A stretch of 64,000 nt of DNA. Origin: the human T2T-CHM13v2.0 reference genome, Homo sapiens. The position numbers were made by a program, and so were the translations under genes. This document shows positions 34,076 to 50,341 of this stretch, in pieces. How positions within the stretch are numbered: the stretch's first letter is position 1; every line of letters begins with the position of its first letter. A model generated the notes under the pieces. That model did no database searches, had not been told where the DNA came from, and worked only from the letters and a program-made list of their open reading frames with translations. Where the stretch lies: assembly GCF_009914755.1 (NCBI RefSeq), contig NC_060937.1; one strand, given 5' to 3'.

Positions 34076-36435
34076 TGCCACAGAGCAGCAATGTGATTTG
34101 GAAACTAGTTAAATTAGCCCCAGCTGATTGAAGTTTAAAATTCAAGTTTCCCTACCATTCATCGCATCATTTGGCGGTTATCTATTGTTTGTATAGTATA
34201 TCGTTAGTTACCATTTTATGGATCTCGCCTTACAGATCCATCAGACCCTTTAAGGCTGTGACTGGCTTCTCTGGGATTTCCCCGGTTGCCAGAGTGTTTC
34301 TTGCACATACCAGGAGTAAAAAGTTAATGGAACTTTTTTTTTCTGTTCATTGATCCACTTACGGGATCTTCTGCAGATTACCTAATTCTAAGGATTGGTT
34401 CACCTCTTCTTGCATGATTTGCTTGGTTTCTAGGCTATCCGATGATTGAAAACACATTGCAAAGATATAGAATGTTAAAATGATACTGAAGTTACTAAAG
34501 GGATTAGATGTTCTTTATTTTCTAGTAGTTGCTATATGCACTGACCAGTTGAGTAATAAGATTCTCATAACCTCAGAAATAGGAATTTGTTATTCTTTTT
34601 AACAAATACAAGATTACAGAATCTTTTAATATTTGTATAAAACTTATCTTTGAGCAAGCAAGCCAAGTAGCATCTCCCTGCTGCTCTAGACATGCAGATC
34701 CTGCAATTAAATATTGTTTTTTGAATAACATATGACATTCCAAGCAGAGAGCTGCCAAGACATAGCATGTGGACCTTGCTCTAGTTAATTCCTCGCTAGT
34801 GACACATTTTCTATTTACCCTTCTACCCACATTTCCCCACATTTCTTTGCAAAGATTCAGCTAGCAGTGAAGATGAAGATAGAACACATCAAGAATGGTG
34901 TTTGTGCTGTTGTGTTGTAGCATTTGGAAACTTGCAGTGAGGGATTTTTTTGCAAGAAATTTAAAAGTTATGTTTTAATAAAAGGGTAGCATTTGGGTAA
35001 ATTTCCCCATTATGAAACCTTTTCTATTTATATTTTATTTACAACATGAGGCCTCTGAGTAACAATGTAAAATATTATTAACTTTTATAACAGTGACAGG
35101 ACATATATACATTAATAACCTCAGATTTCTTTTTTTTTTTTGGAGACAGGGTCTCTCTGTTGCCCAGGCTAGAGCAAGTGCAGTGGTGCCGTCATGGCTC
35201 ACTGCAGCCTCAACCACCTGGGCTCAAGCGGTCCTCCCACCCCAGCCTCCTGTTTAGCTGGGACCACTCTCCACCAGCGAATTTTTAGATGATTATTATA
35301 TACTTTATTTCTTTTTTTTTTTTTTTAATAAAGATGGCATCTTGCTTTGTTTCCCAAGCTTCAGTTCTTTTTTTTGTTTTTAGTGGATAAGGGTTACACA
35401 GCATAGCATATAATAAAAACTACAAAGGTCATGTCAGCAACCCTGGTGGAAAGCCATGGGGCTTGCAGTATCTCACTTGAGTTACTACGCCTCTCTCTAC
35501 TGTATTGGCTGTTATGGGTTAAGAATATGAAATAAAAATAAAAGGTAGACAATACACAGATTTATTGTATGAGTGTTGAAGAAATACTCAGAAAGCAAGT
35601 GTTGTTTAAAATCAAGTTGTGATGGTATAAACGACATTTCCTAGCAGGCAGCCTGATGGTCACTGGTCGTGCCTAGTACCGTAGGATAAATGAGACATTG
35701 CCTCTTACTTGCTTTAGAGAAGTGGGCACTCCCCTCCCCTCACCCAAGAGAGACTTATTTGGGCATTATTGAAAAAAATTTGTCATTGTCTGTGAGCCTG
35801 TTATAGGTAATTTTAATAATTACATGTTAACATTACAACTTTGAGTATAAGAGGTTTTGGCATCTTTGAACACATTATAGGCTTTAGTGAGAACCAGAGA
35901 AACATATTTGGTCTTTCACAGAAATTAACCCTAACCCTCCGAGTTCCTTAGTATTCACCCCAGTGCAATCTATGTTTATTGTAGCAAATTGAGAAAATGC
36001 ATAAATGGTTAAAGAAATAAAAGCTTCCATCAGTCAACCAAACAAAAGCATTGATGATTTAGATTATGTCTTTGCAGTTGTTTTCTTTTATCTATGTTCT
36101 CAATTAAGAACCTTTGCATTGTAAGCAACAGTAAGTGACTCTGGTTAATGTCAGCAGAGAAGTGGGCTTGTTGTGAGGTCCCTGGGCAGCTCACCATGGT
36201 CAAAGAGTGTGGACATGAATTACTGTGACCTAGGCAGTCACCCCATTTGTCTTTTTTCTGCTTTTTTTTAATAAAACCAGAATATATTATACATGGTGCG
36301 TGTTCCTCACTTTCTGTGCCTTGGGAAACACTGCTGTGATGGGCATAACGAGTCTCAAAGAGGAAGGATCTACGGGTAAAGGAGATGCATGCAGAAACAG
36401 CCTCTAATTTGTCAGTAAGCCATGCAGTTAGCAGG

Positions 36436-36785
36436 TGTATTAGTCTGTTCTCATGCTGATAATAAAGATATACCAGAGACTGGGTAATTTATAAAGGAAA
36501 GAGGTTTAATGGACTCACAGGTTGGGAAGGCCTCACACTCATGGCAGAAGGTGAAGGAGGAGCAAAGGCACATCTTACATGGCGGCAGACAAGAGAAAGT
36601 GTACGGGGGAGTTGCCCTTTATAAAACCATCAGATCTCGTGAGACTTATTCACTACCACGAGAACAGTAAGGGGGGAACTGCCCCCCCCATAATTCAGTT
36701 ATCTCCACCTAGCCCTGTCCTTGATACATGGGGATTATTACAGTTCAAGGTGAGATTTGGGTGGGGACACAGCCAAATCATATCA
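36436..36785 (-). mobile_element. THE1B-like solo LTR (ERVL-MaLR)
   Basis: Termini TGTATTAGTCTGTTCTC ... GGGGACACAGCCAAATCATATCA; perfect 5-bp TSD GCAGG (36431-36435 / 36786-36790). Confidence 0.92.
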
Positions 36786-36955
36786 GCAGGGAATGGTTTA
36801 GCAGTTCACAATGACAAGCCTGGGTGCAAGGATAACCCCAAGATACTGCTTCGGCCAAGCTGATATTTGGACGGAGGACACAGAAAATAAATTCTTAAGC
36901 TCTGGAGCTAGGGAGAACAGAGGATGTAAAAAAAAAATACTCTGGACAAGCTTAG

Positions 36956-37800
<845 letters not shown>

Positions 37801-38055
37801 TAACTAATGAATCTTTAGGGGCCTGTTGTTTTTAATTCACTTAGTCTCACTTTACCACCATGTAAACTACAGTTTGGTATACAGTCACTTCAGATTTTAT
37901 TTACTTTTGTTTTGAAGGAGAACTGCTGGTATTTATAGGAAAAGATTTCTGTCAGAAGTAGTTTTCAGATTTTCATGCTAGGAGTGTAGATTTCATAAAT
38001 GGGCACCAATGTGCCTAGTTAATAATGTATGCAAAGATCATCTCCTTACAGATTC

Positions 38056-38410
38056 CAGGCATGCCTCATCTTATTGCTCTTTGCTTTATTTGCCTTTGCA
38101 GATATTGCGTTTTTTACAAGTTGAAGGTTGGTGGCAATTCTGCATTTCGCATGTCTATTGGCCCCATTTTTCCAACAGCATGTGCTTATTTCATGTCTCT
38201 GTGTTAGCATTTTTTAGCAATAAAGTATTTTTAAGGTATGCACACTGTTTTTAAAGACATGCTGTTGCACACTTACTAGACTACAGTATGGTGTAAACAT
38301 TTTTTTTATGCACTGGGAAACCAAAAAATTTGTGTGACTCATTTTATTGAAATATTTGCTTTATTGCGGTGGTCTGGAACCAAACTCATAGTATCTCCAA
38401 GGTATGCCTA
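38056..38410. mobile_element. Internally deleted Tigger1 retaining both ends
   Basis: TIRs CAGGCATGCCT ... AGGTATGCCT; terminal motifs tttccaacagcatgtgct and cactgggaaaccaaaaaatttgtgtgactc joined at about 38200. Confidence 0.88.
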
Positions 38411-41400
38411 GATATCTGTTCTGAGAAAGCTGCGGTTTGAAACTTCATATTGAGTGAATGATGATTTCAATACTACTGTCTGATTTTTCCCAGAAATCAA
38501 TCTCTAATGGTTTCCCTATTGACAGAAGATCAAGTGAGGACCCTGTGAAGGCCTTTCATGGTATCTGTTGTCATTTAGGAGGCTCAGAAGTTCAGGGGCC
38601 TTTGTCTGCAGGCTGGTGTGTTCTTCTGGGCCCCAGGCCCTCAGGCTTTGAGGCTGTAAGCGAGCACTTGCCTGGGGGTAACTATCCAGCTCAGTGGGTA
38701 GGTTTTTCCAAGGCATGGATGGTTGACAGCTTGGCAGAGCATCTCATCCAGACCATCTCACTTTTTCCATTTGTATAGAATTCTCTGTTAAAACAAAGGT
38801 GTTGTCTAATGTTAAGAGGGAGTGGTGTTAATAAATAACATCTTCCTCTCCTGAGTTCAGAACTAATTAAGAAAGAGGCATGATATCCATGGCTAGTCAC
38901 AGTGTCCACCCTGTTACTGATGAATGCTGGACCTTGATGCCTGTCAGCCAGGCTGGTTAACTATGCCCTGAATTAGACACTCAGTCACTGGTGTGCAGAC
39001 TGGGAAGCCACAGGCTCCCCCACGTGAGAACTCTCCAGAATGTGTGCTCTCGGTGAGCAGGTAGAAGTTACAGGAGAGGGGAAAGAACTCAGCCAAGGAG
39101 TCCCAGCTCCTTCCCCCAAATACACTCATTAGATAGACAAGCCCCAGGGTGGGGCCAGGAGGGTTCCCCAGCTGAAACTTGTCCACGGGTACCATGAAGA
39201 GGAAATTGTGTTTAAATGTTATTACAAGTCCTCCAAGCTTCTATGCATGTGAAGAAATTTGAATTCTCAGGGGGAAACTGAAAAGCTCTGGAAATCACGT
39301 ACTGCTCAATTCAATTCAGAAGGTGTGAGTTCCTAAGGAGCATTTTCACTTCCTTTCAAACTTAAAAAATTGTGGTCCAAGGAATGACGTGGGATTCTGA
39401 CTTTTTATGACCCATGCTAACTGATTTGGTGACTTCTGCCAGTGCAGGAGGCTCGGATTTTCCCCTGAAAGAGCACCCTGCTCATCTCAGAAAGGTTCAG
39501 GCTGTCGGGTCCATTCCGCAAGGACTCGCTTCATGTATTTCCTTTACAAGTCAGAAATGGAAAAAGAGGAAATTACCATCCCACATCTTTTCTTGATGTG
39601 TATGAATGCGTCTGCCTCCAACTCTGAGGGTTTCTTCTCCAATCAGGAAAAAGTTGACATTTGCCACCAAGTCAGTACGCTTCTAAGCTTTCATTTTATT
39701 TCATCAGGACTGACTGAGCGTCAGCATTCTGGCCGAGTCCTGCAGTTTTACCCACTGTGCAGGTCAGCGTTTTCTTCAAGGACTCTGGCCCTGGCTTGCT
39801 GGCATCCTCAGAGTGTCTGGATGTTACCCAGGGGCTTCCTCTCACCTCACCTTCATTCTTGTTCCTTGTTCTTAGATGGATGGGAGGTTCAGTTGTTGGA
39901 AACTACCAGTTAGACTAAGAAAGCTGGACTTCTTTCATACTCCTTAAGGCAAGTAGGGTATAAGTAAGTGGCCTGTTGGCTGATCTCAAACATGAGAGAG
40001 CATTAGGTTCATTAATAATATTCTGACTTTTTCTTATCTAAGCCAGTTTACTGATTAAGAAATCATCTGGTGAAATTAATCTCAAATATTTTTAAATGCT
40101 CAAAGAACATATTGCTTCAGCTTCATTAAATACTTGTCTAAACACCTGGAAAAAATTTCCACCTCCGTTTCACAATACTTTGTGTAGTGAAACCTGATGG
40201 AGTGATAGTGTGTTAGTTATTATGGAAATATTGTGGACAATTCACAAGCAGAGTGTTTGTTCCATAAAATTAAACCTGAAATATGTTTGCTTGCTCTTAA
40301 GTTAGAAGTATTGACAAGCAGGAAACAAAAAGAGAAATAAATGAATGTATGGACAAGCAGCTGAAGAGGAAGCTCAGAGATTCTGTAGTATTTCTTTGGC
40401 TGTCTATCTAAATATGACACAACAGCCTCCATTCTGAGAAAGCAAATTGAGCTGACAGGTGCCGCCAAGCCCATCTTTCCACATAGGACCGAAAGACTCT
40501 GAAACACTCCCAACTTCTCCATTTTTAATATTCTCTTAGAAACACTGGATTTGTAATAATGCCTTTTAAGCCAGGGGTTAGTAACATCTTTTAATTCCAG
40601 TGATATCAATCAAAATAAATTTTCTTTAGAGGATAAACAGAGCTAACTAGATTTCTTCCCATATCCCTCATTGAGTAATAAAAAGTAGGTAGTTTGGGTC
40701 TCTCCTGACCTTGATGGCAGTGACAGTGCTGGCGAGATTTTTATGTCTGAGTCCTTGTGTGTACCCCACCTTCTGGCTTCTTTGATGGCTGTGGTGGAGC
40801 TGCTTGGCATTTTTACACCCCTGAACACCTTCATCAGTTTTACAGAGAACTTAGTGTGGTCCTCCCCAGGCAATACCCCCAGAGCCACATAAGTTTCATC
40901 ACAGTGCCCAAGGCTGTGGGCCCCAGGGAATCGAGGGTAATATTCTAACACAAATCAAAAGTCTCAAAAAAGCCACAAGTGACTTGAAGGCACTGAGAAG
41001 AAATTCTAAAGTGATTTATGTCTGATATCATGCCTAGAATTCCATTATGCCTGATGTTTCAAATATAAAGAAATCTCCTGGGGAGGTGATAAAAGGAGCT
41101 ACACAGGTATCGGAGACAGAGGGGGAAACTCCCTCTCTCCACAGCGGAGTGATGCCCGGGTGTGGGATACTCTAGGTAGGAATGGAACATTTGACCGATA
41201 GCTTAGAGTGGGTGGGATGTCATAAAGCTCACCATCTTAATCATTTTTAAGTACACGTTTCACTAGTGTTAATAAGTATATTCACGTTGCTATGCATCAG
41301 AGCTCCAGAGCTCTTTCCTTTTTAAAACTGAAACTCTAGATACATTAAACAGCCCCCATTTCCCCGTCCCCCAGCCCCTGCCAACCATCTAGGCTCATTT

Positions 41401-41454
41401 TATACACTGGTTTATTCCGTATCATTCATAAACCGTACAATTCACCTCTGTCTT

Positions 41455-41718
41455 TTTTTTTTTTTTTTTCCTGAGACAGAGTTTCGCTCTTGTTGCCCAG
41501 GCTGGAATGTAATGGTGTGATCTCGGCTCACGGCAACCTCCGCCTCCTGGGTTAAAGCAATTCCCCTGCCTCAGCCTCCAGAGTAGCTGGGATTACAGGC
41601 ATGTCCCACTACACACAACTAATTTTTGTATTTTTAGTAGAAAAGGGGTTTCTCCATGTTTGTCAGGCTGGTCTCGAACTCCCGACCTCAGGTGATCTGC
41701 CCGCCTCGGCCTTCCGAA
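41455..41718 (-). mobile_element. AluSp-like SINE among L1M fragments
   Basis: tttctccatgtttgtcagg and ctcccgacctc diagnostics. Confidence 0.85.
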
Positions 41719-42340
41719 ACTCATATAATTGGAATCATCCTATATGTGGCCTTTTGTGACTGGCTTCTTTTCTAGGCCCGTTTTTAGAACAAAGAGGGAT
41801 GAACCTTTGCTTTACCATAAATAACCCTCATCACATGGCATTTTTTCTTCTTCAAAAACCTTGATTTGTAGCCGGGAAAAAGTGATTTTGTGAAGATATG
41901 GAGCTCTCCATCTAAGCAGCACCTGTATGAAAACTTACGAAAAAGAACTATGCTTCCAAACACGATTTAATTAAAACCATGTAAGGCCATAAATCTAGTA
42001 ATATGATACCTGCTCAGAGCCTTCCTTAGCTTGCACGGAAAATGCATAGACGTTGCCAACATCTCCTACGTGCATTTCTAAAATAATACAGTTGGCCATT
42101 GAACAACACAGGTTTGAACTTCTCAAGTCCAATGTTATGCAGAGTTTTAAAAATAAATATATTGGAAAATTTTTTGGAGGTATGTGACAATTTGAAAAAA
42201 ACAGATGAACCTCATAGCCAAGAAATAAAAAAATTAAGAAAGTGAGGTATGTCATGAATATATAAAATATATGTTGGTAGTCTATTTTATCATTTACTAC
42301 CATAAAATGAACACAGATCTATTACAGAAAGTTAAAATTT

Positions 42341-42968
<628 letters not shown>

Positions 42969-43288
42969 TTACACAAACGCTGACGGACTGTATGTGGCAC
43001 CGATTGCAGTTGAGAGAAATGTAAACAAATGTAAAGATGCAGCATTAAATCATGACTGCATGAAATTAACTGTAGTAACACTATACTACTGTCCCAGTCT
43101 CATAGCCACTTCCTGTTGCTGTTGCAGTGAACTCAAGTGTTTTTAGTATCTGCTTCAAACGTGGATCATCTCCGTCATGAGCGGTTCATCTCCACTAAAT
43201 TGCTTATCTCAGTAAAAAGTGATCACTCGTGGTTCTTGCGTATTTTTTCATCACATTTAGTGCAATACTGTAAACTTTGAATGACACT

Positions 43289-43865
43289 ATGGGACCCGTA
43301 TGAAGTGGCACCATTGATTCTGGAAGTGCTCTCAGGAAGCAGAGAAAAGTCATGTCATTACAAGAAAAAGTTGAATTGCTTGATATGTAGCATAGATTGA
43401 GGACTGCAGCTTCAGTTGCCCACCATTTCAAGATAAATGAATCTAGCATAAGGACCATTTTTTTTTTAAAGAAAGAAAGAAAAATTAGTCAAGTGGTCGC
43501 TATGGCTACATCAGCAGGTCTGAAAACCTTGTGCTTTTTGCGAAATGCTGTTTTATCTTGTATTGAAAATGCAGCTTTTATGTGAGTGCAGGCTTGCTCT
43601 AAGAAAGTCATACCTATAGACTCTAATAATATGATTTGGGGAAAGTGAAAACTTAAGGCAAAAGGAAGGTGAAGGATCTAAAGCTGGAGAATGTCATGCC
43701 AGCAAAAGCATGGTTTGATAATTTTAGAAAAAGGTTTGACTTAAAAAATGTTAAGATGACAGGAGAAGCAGCTTCTCCCGACTAAGAGGCAGTAGATGAG
43801 TTCCCAGATGCCATCAGGAAAATCATAGAGGAGAAAGCATATCTGCGAAACAGGTTTTCATGCAG
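43289..43865 (+). pseudogene. Decayed Tigger2 transposase N-terminus (CENP-B-like HTH region)
   Basis: Frame reads MGPV*SGT...RKQRKVMSLQEKVELLDM*HRLRTAASVAHHFKINESSIRTI...SCIENAAFM*, with stops and later frameshifts. Confidence 0.85.
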
Positions 43866-44065
43866 ATGTCTCTGCTGCCCTTGAGACAGCAAGACCAACC
43901 CCTCCTCTTCCTCCTCAGCCCACTTGAGGTGACGCTGTTGAGGATGAACCCTTATGATGATCCACTTCCACTTAGTAAACAGATTTTCTTAATAACATTT
44001 TCTTGTCTGTAGCTTTTTTGTAAGAATACAGTAATAATACACATACAAATTATGTGTTAATCGAC

Positions 44066-44426
44066 TGTATTCCGTTCTCATGGTGCTAATAAAGACATAT
44101 CTGAGACTGGGTAATTTATTAAAAAAAGAGGGTTATTGGACTCGCAGTTCCACATGGGTGGGGAGACCTCACAATCATGGCAGAAGGCAAAGGAGGAGAA
44201 AGGCATGTCTTACGTGGTGGCAGGCAAAGAGAGAGTGTGCAGGGAAACTCCCCTTTATAAAACTATCTGATCTCCTGAGACTTATTCACTGTCATGAGAA
44301 CAGCATAGGAAAGACCTGCCCCCATGATTCAGTTACCTCCCACCAAGTCCTTCCCAGGACATGTGGGAAGTATGGGAACTACAATTCGAGATGAGATTTG
44401 GGTGGGGACACAGCCAAACCATATCA
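44066..44426 (-). mobile_element. THE1B-like solo LTR
   Basis: TGTATT ... CCAAACCATATCA termini; TSD TCGAC / TTGAC. Confidence 0.92.
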
Positions 44427-47005
44427 TTGACTGGCTATGTTACTGATAAGGTCAACAATAGGCTATGAGTAGTTAATTTTTGGGGGAGTCAAAAGTTCTA
44501 CTCAGATTTTTGACTGTGGAGGGGGTCTGTGCGCCAACCCCCACATTGTTCAAGGGCCAGCTGTACTTGAGGTAGCAAAATAACTAACCCACTTAGCATG
44601 CGTTACCTTTGTTGTTTTAGAGAAAAACCCAACTTCCTGCCTGGGAAAGACTGATTAGTGGTATGGATGGGGTCTTACCTGTTAAAACTCACAGGGAATT
44701 GGACTTCCTTATGGGTTAATGTATCTACAGACTACTTTCAGCATATTTTTGAAGATTTACTGCAGTTGTGGGGAAATAACACCAGCATTCAGTATATTGA
44801 ACACTTAAGATACTTACCCTGTGGAGAAAGGAGCCCCAAGGGAACAAGTGCCGGTTTACGCAGCTGTCTCCTATTAGGTTCTCTACCCTGGACCGACCCT
44901 GGTTGTGTTTTCTCTCCCTCATCCCATCATAAAAACTGGAGCCCACATCCAGGTTCAGCCAAGGCCCTCAGGGCAAACACTGGCTCCACTGCCCCTTTAT
45001 TGCGTGCTTGCAATTGGAGCTCTTTGGGCCTGAGTTTCCTTACTGTTTTGCTTGATCAGCAGTGCGTTGACAAAGATGTTGTTTATATTTTATCCAGCAT
45101 TTTTAGCTGTTTCATACGATTTCTACACTGTGGAATCATTTTAAGTGGTGTGAGGGGTGGAGGGGGAGGAGACATGGCTGGAGCTGAAGAACTGATCTCC
45201 AGCATGAGTGGGGCTGAGGTCCGGATTAGGCAGTGCTGTTAGAGACTCCAGCAGGCCTCAGGCAGGGATGGCAGGCACCAAGTGGCCTGGGGGCAGTGGG
45301 GAGAGGTGGTCCCTTGGGTTTCTGGCTGGGCCACTGAGTGGCGGGTGGCATTGGTTATTGAAGGGCTGCTCCCGGAGGAGATGAGGGGGGAGGGGGTGCT
45401 CAGGTGAGACTTCTGGGGAGCAGGTGACTCTCTGGCTCCAAGCGGGGAGCCCCACCTGGACTTGCTGGTGGGGCTGCTGGTCCAGACTGTGCTAGAGGAG
45501 AGAGAAAGGGCTGCTATTGTTTGCCTCCCAGCAGGTGAAGGAGGAGGGGCCCAAAGACACCTGGGCAGGTAACTTCATCAGGAAGACGGCTACCTCTCTT
45601 CTCCAGAGAGCGAGAGTGAAGTGAGCAGGTGATATCCGTGGTGATCCCTCCACAAGGAGGGAAGGAGGCAGGAGGGGAGGTGGCTTTAGCTCCCTTTCCT
45701 TTAGCCCTGTGGACTGGAGGGGCCTTGATCATCTCTTCTACCCTTGCACGGGGTCACCCTTGGCCAGGGACGCCTGTGGCCAGTGGCTGGGGCCTTGTGC
45801 TGCTTAAAGCATGAGTTATTAGCACAACCGATTCAGGGTAGACGCACGTTTTTTGGGACTTTTGGAAAAGGAACACGCGATGACGAATGAATGATTAGAT
45901 CTGAGGCCTTGGAGGGGTCAGCGAGTGCTGGCCTTGAAACTCAAGCTGCTTTGGCCTTGGTGGGAGTCTTGCCTGCGTGGTGATGGTGACGGTTGGAGTG
46001 GCCTTCCCAGGCAGGAAGGGAGGATGCGGCGATGCTCCCAGTTTATTGCAACCTGACTTTGTTCCCTGCTGGCAGCTGTTCTGAGAGAAGAAGGGAGGTG
46101 CAGGGCACTGGGGGCAGGCAAACAGAGAAGGATGGTTGCATTCTATGACAAGTTGACAGCATTATGAGAAACTGTACCAGATACTTTGTTGGTGGATGGT
46201 CTGGGGCTTTGGGTAGAAAAAGAAAACATTAGAGCTGAGATGAAAAGGAAAAGAAATCATCTGACCAGCAAGACTGGAGTCTAGAGAGGTGGTCCGCCTG
46301 CGGACGTCATCTCACTGGTCGGGAGAGGATGAGAATTTCAGTGATTTCAACACAAGATCACCATACTGACAAATAACACCTGAGAGAGTGGGTTGGTTTT
46401 GTGTCGTGTTCTAGTGCGTTTTCATCGTGAACATCTTAGGATGGGAAGGCCTCAGGGAAGGGCTTTCGGGGAAGGACAGAACCAAGAGGCTTTAGTAGAA
46501 CCCGGAAACCTGGCATTCCTTTACGATCCGGCATTGAGCTTTGCCCTGGACTTCCTAGGAGTTACAAGATCTGAAGCTGCTGTTTGAGATGCACAGCAGG
46601 ACTCTGGTGGGTGACTCAGGAGAAGGAAGGCAGAAGGCAGAATCCCCGCCCTAGCGAAGATTCGAATCCAGCACGCGCACATGGCAGTCGAAGAACAGAG
46701 TGTAGACAGTGGGCAAACTTAAGGGACTGTCGTATGGGGTGAACGAAATTCTTAAGTGCCAAGGAATGCAAAAACTGGCCCTGGGAAGAGTCAGGAATGA
46801 GGTGGTTTCTGCCAGAGGTGAGGTCTAAGTGGAGTTTTCAAGAAGGCTGTGGGTGTGGCGGGCAGAGTTCTAGGGTCCTTGGGGTGCTGCTGGCAGGACG
46901 AGCCTGAGAGCTTCTGGGGAGGTGGACGGCATGTGCTGGGGTCCCAGAAGCTTTTGAGAAGCACCTCCAGGGGAGTGTGGGGCATTTTGATGGGCAAGGC
47001 CCTTA

Positions 47006-47668
<663 letters not shown>

Positions 47669-48003
47669 CCATGGACAGGTCCTCTGCTGTACAGCTTGTT
47701 TTTCTATTTTATGTGACAGATGTAGCAATGTGTCTTGCATTGACAGGCTCTGCTTGCAGTCATTTTATATTAAACACAACCTATGTTTAGATGGACCACC
47801 CTGAAAGTGTTGTTTGAGATCTATTAAAGAAACATATTTCTATGAATGTTCGTAGCGTACTCCCCGTCCCTCGAGGCCGTAGGGACCGTTAGTGTTTACT
47901 ACCTTATGGAAACTGTTTTTCTCCATGCTTTTATCTGGAATAGCACTCAACATTCATTAGCTAAATAGGAAACTTATTTCAGAGGGGATCATTTTTTATC
48001 CTA

Positions 48004-48315
<312 letters not shown>

Positions 48316-49045
48316 TCTGGACTTAATATAAAATTTTGAAAGATGTAAGGCTATGGAAAAACATAGTAAAAAATTATTCAAGAATATTTTGTAATGCATG
48401 AAAGCTTTTGAAAGGCTAATTTTATCTTTAGTTGTATAAATATATTTTGGAAGAGAATAAGATTTTAATATGTGTATCTACATTATCTGTGTCTTTCACT
48501 AATAAGACAAGGTTCAACATCTGTCTTCAGATTGCATTTTCTGTGGGAAGAACTTAGGTTGTAGGCATTTAGCTCAGAGAAAGGGGAAAAGGTACTTTCA
48601 CTGCTCACTTTTTGCTATTTCTGCCCCAAGACCTACTGTTCATTCTCCAGACTTGCTGTATTTTATGTCGAAAGGTTTTACTGTTTCCATGAGGAACTGT
48701 GGTTCATTTTCCCCAGGCTTATAATCAGTAAGTAGTGATTTTCTTTTCAGTGTTACTTACTGTGATACTGTAAAATCAAACTAACAATAAGGTGCCACAA
48801 CGCCATAAAAAATTAATAATATTGGGAAGATGTTGATTCCCAAACTAAGATTTGGGCTTTGGTTTTGAACTGTTAATTTGTTCATTCATTTTAATATTTC
48901 CTTTGACTGTCTCAGATATACCAAAGCGTGGTGCATTGTGGAATGTGTGCCAGTCTCAATGCATGTAGCTCTGTAGGATGGAAAGTCAGTTATGAAGAGA
49001 GACTTCTTTTTCTTCTGTGTCCTGTTGATTAAGAAGAATCTGTAT

Positions 49046-49350
49046 GGCCGGGCACGGTGGCTCACGCCTGTAATCCCAGCACTTTGGAAGGCTGAGGGGG
49101 GTGGATCACGAGGTCAGGAGTTCAAGATGAACTTGGCCAAGATAGTGAAACCCTGTCTCTACTAAAAATAAAAAAAAAAATTAGCCGGGCGTGGTGGTGG
49201 GCGCCTGTAATCTCAGCTACTTGGGAGGCTGAGACAGAGAATTGCTTGAACCCAGGAGGCGGAGGTTGCAGTGAGCCTAGATCGTGCCACTGCGCTCCAG
49301 CCTGGGCGACAGAGAGAGACTCCATCTCAAAAAAAAAAAAAAAAAAAAAA
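49046..49350 (+). mobile_element. AluSg-like SINE
   Basis: Alu consensus; TSD aatctgtat. Confidence 0.88.
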
Positions 49351-49889
49351 TCTGTATAACTTGCATTGCCCTTTCAGGTAATTAATCACCCTTTTTTTCC
49401 AGCAGGGTTAAAGATTGTAGTATTGACTATCAGTTATTTTGTAACAAAAACTGGACCTAAAGTTCAATTCACTGTTGACTTTTTCAAGAGGAGTATTAAA
49501 TTTTTACTCCCTGCTGTACATGTGGAATTTCAGTGTAATTTTAAGCCAAATTCTTTAAAATATGTGAAACTCATAGTGCTATTACAAAATAATTACAAAG
49601 GAAGCAAGTTTTCTCCCCTGAGCATCTTATTTCTAGATTTTTTTTTTTCCTAAGCAATCTCTTGAAAAGGAATATCAGTGAGCAGATTTCTCTGGGGCCA
49701 TTTGAACTTCATTAAAATTTCAGAGAGGGCTTTTCAATGAGAATATATTCATGTAAGCACTGGAGAGTTTTGCATAATTTTAAAGTTGAACAGAATTGGG
49801 TACAATTAGTGATGAAAATACAGTCCATCCCAGATTCCTAGCTGATTGCCATTTTGGTTTTCCCAGCAAACACCCTTTCTACCCCACTT

Positions 49890-50035
49890 CCTAGCTTTAT
49901 TGAGATATATCTGGTATATAAAAAATTGTACATAACTAATGTATACAATTTGGTGAGTTTGGATATAAGTATAGGCTGGTGTTACCATCACCCAGTCAAG
50001 GTAATAAACATATCCATCACTTCCAAAACTTTGCT
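49890..50035 (-). mobile_element. L1M 3'-end fragment
   Basis: agctttattgagatata...tgtatacaatttggtgagtttgg...accatcacc...aacatatccatcacttccaaaa. Confidence 0.75.
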
Positions 50036-50122
50036 GTGTCTCTTTATTGTTACTGTTTTTTAAAAAACAACAACAAAAAGCGCCTTTTCAAGGGAGTAGC
50101 ATTTGCTCTCCTCTCTTCCCAG

Positions 50123-50341
50123 ATGGTGTCCTCATCCTCCTTCCTCAAAGCCATCGGCTCCTCCTGGACGGGTTGGGTACTGAGATGCTCCATGAAGCCC
50201 AAGCACCATTCACATCTAATTGAGAAGTTTGGAGAGGACAGAATTCTCACTCATCTTACAGGCTCTATTTCTTACACAAACTGGGCTGGAAGTAGAAGCT
50301 TAGCGGTCACAGTCACTGAAGAGCTTCTTAATCTTTTTTGA
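50123..50341 (+). CDS. FARP1: FARP1 alternative terminal exon, 72 codons + TGA; gives a 129-aa short isoform when spliced to the first coding exon
   Basis: Strong acceptor ttgctctcctctcttcccAG (50121-50122), phase 0 and so compatible with the 19036 donor. Open frame MVSSSSFLKAIG...EELLNLF*. 57+72=129 aa agrees with my recollection of an annotated short FARP1 isoform. Confidence 0.8.
   Translation: MVSSSSFLKAIGSSWTGWVLRCSMKPKHHSHLIEKFGEDRILTHLTGSISYTNWAGSRSLAVTVTEELLNLF

Noticed and set aside
43397-43585. Possible domesticated TIGD-like gene
   Set aside because: In-frame stops on both sides and the catalytic region is missing.
44658-45242. 194-aa ORF
   Set aside because: Non-ATG start, partly MIR-like sequence, no homology recognised.
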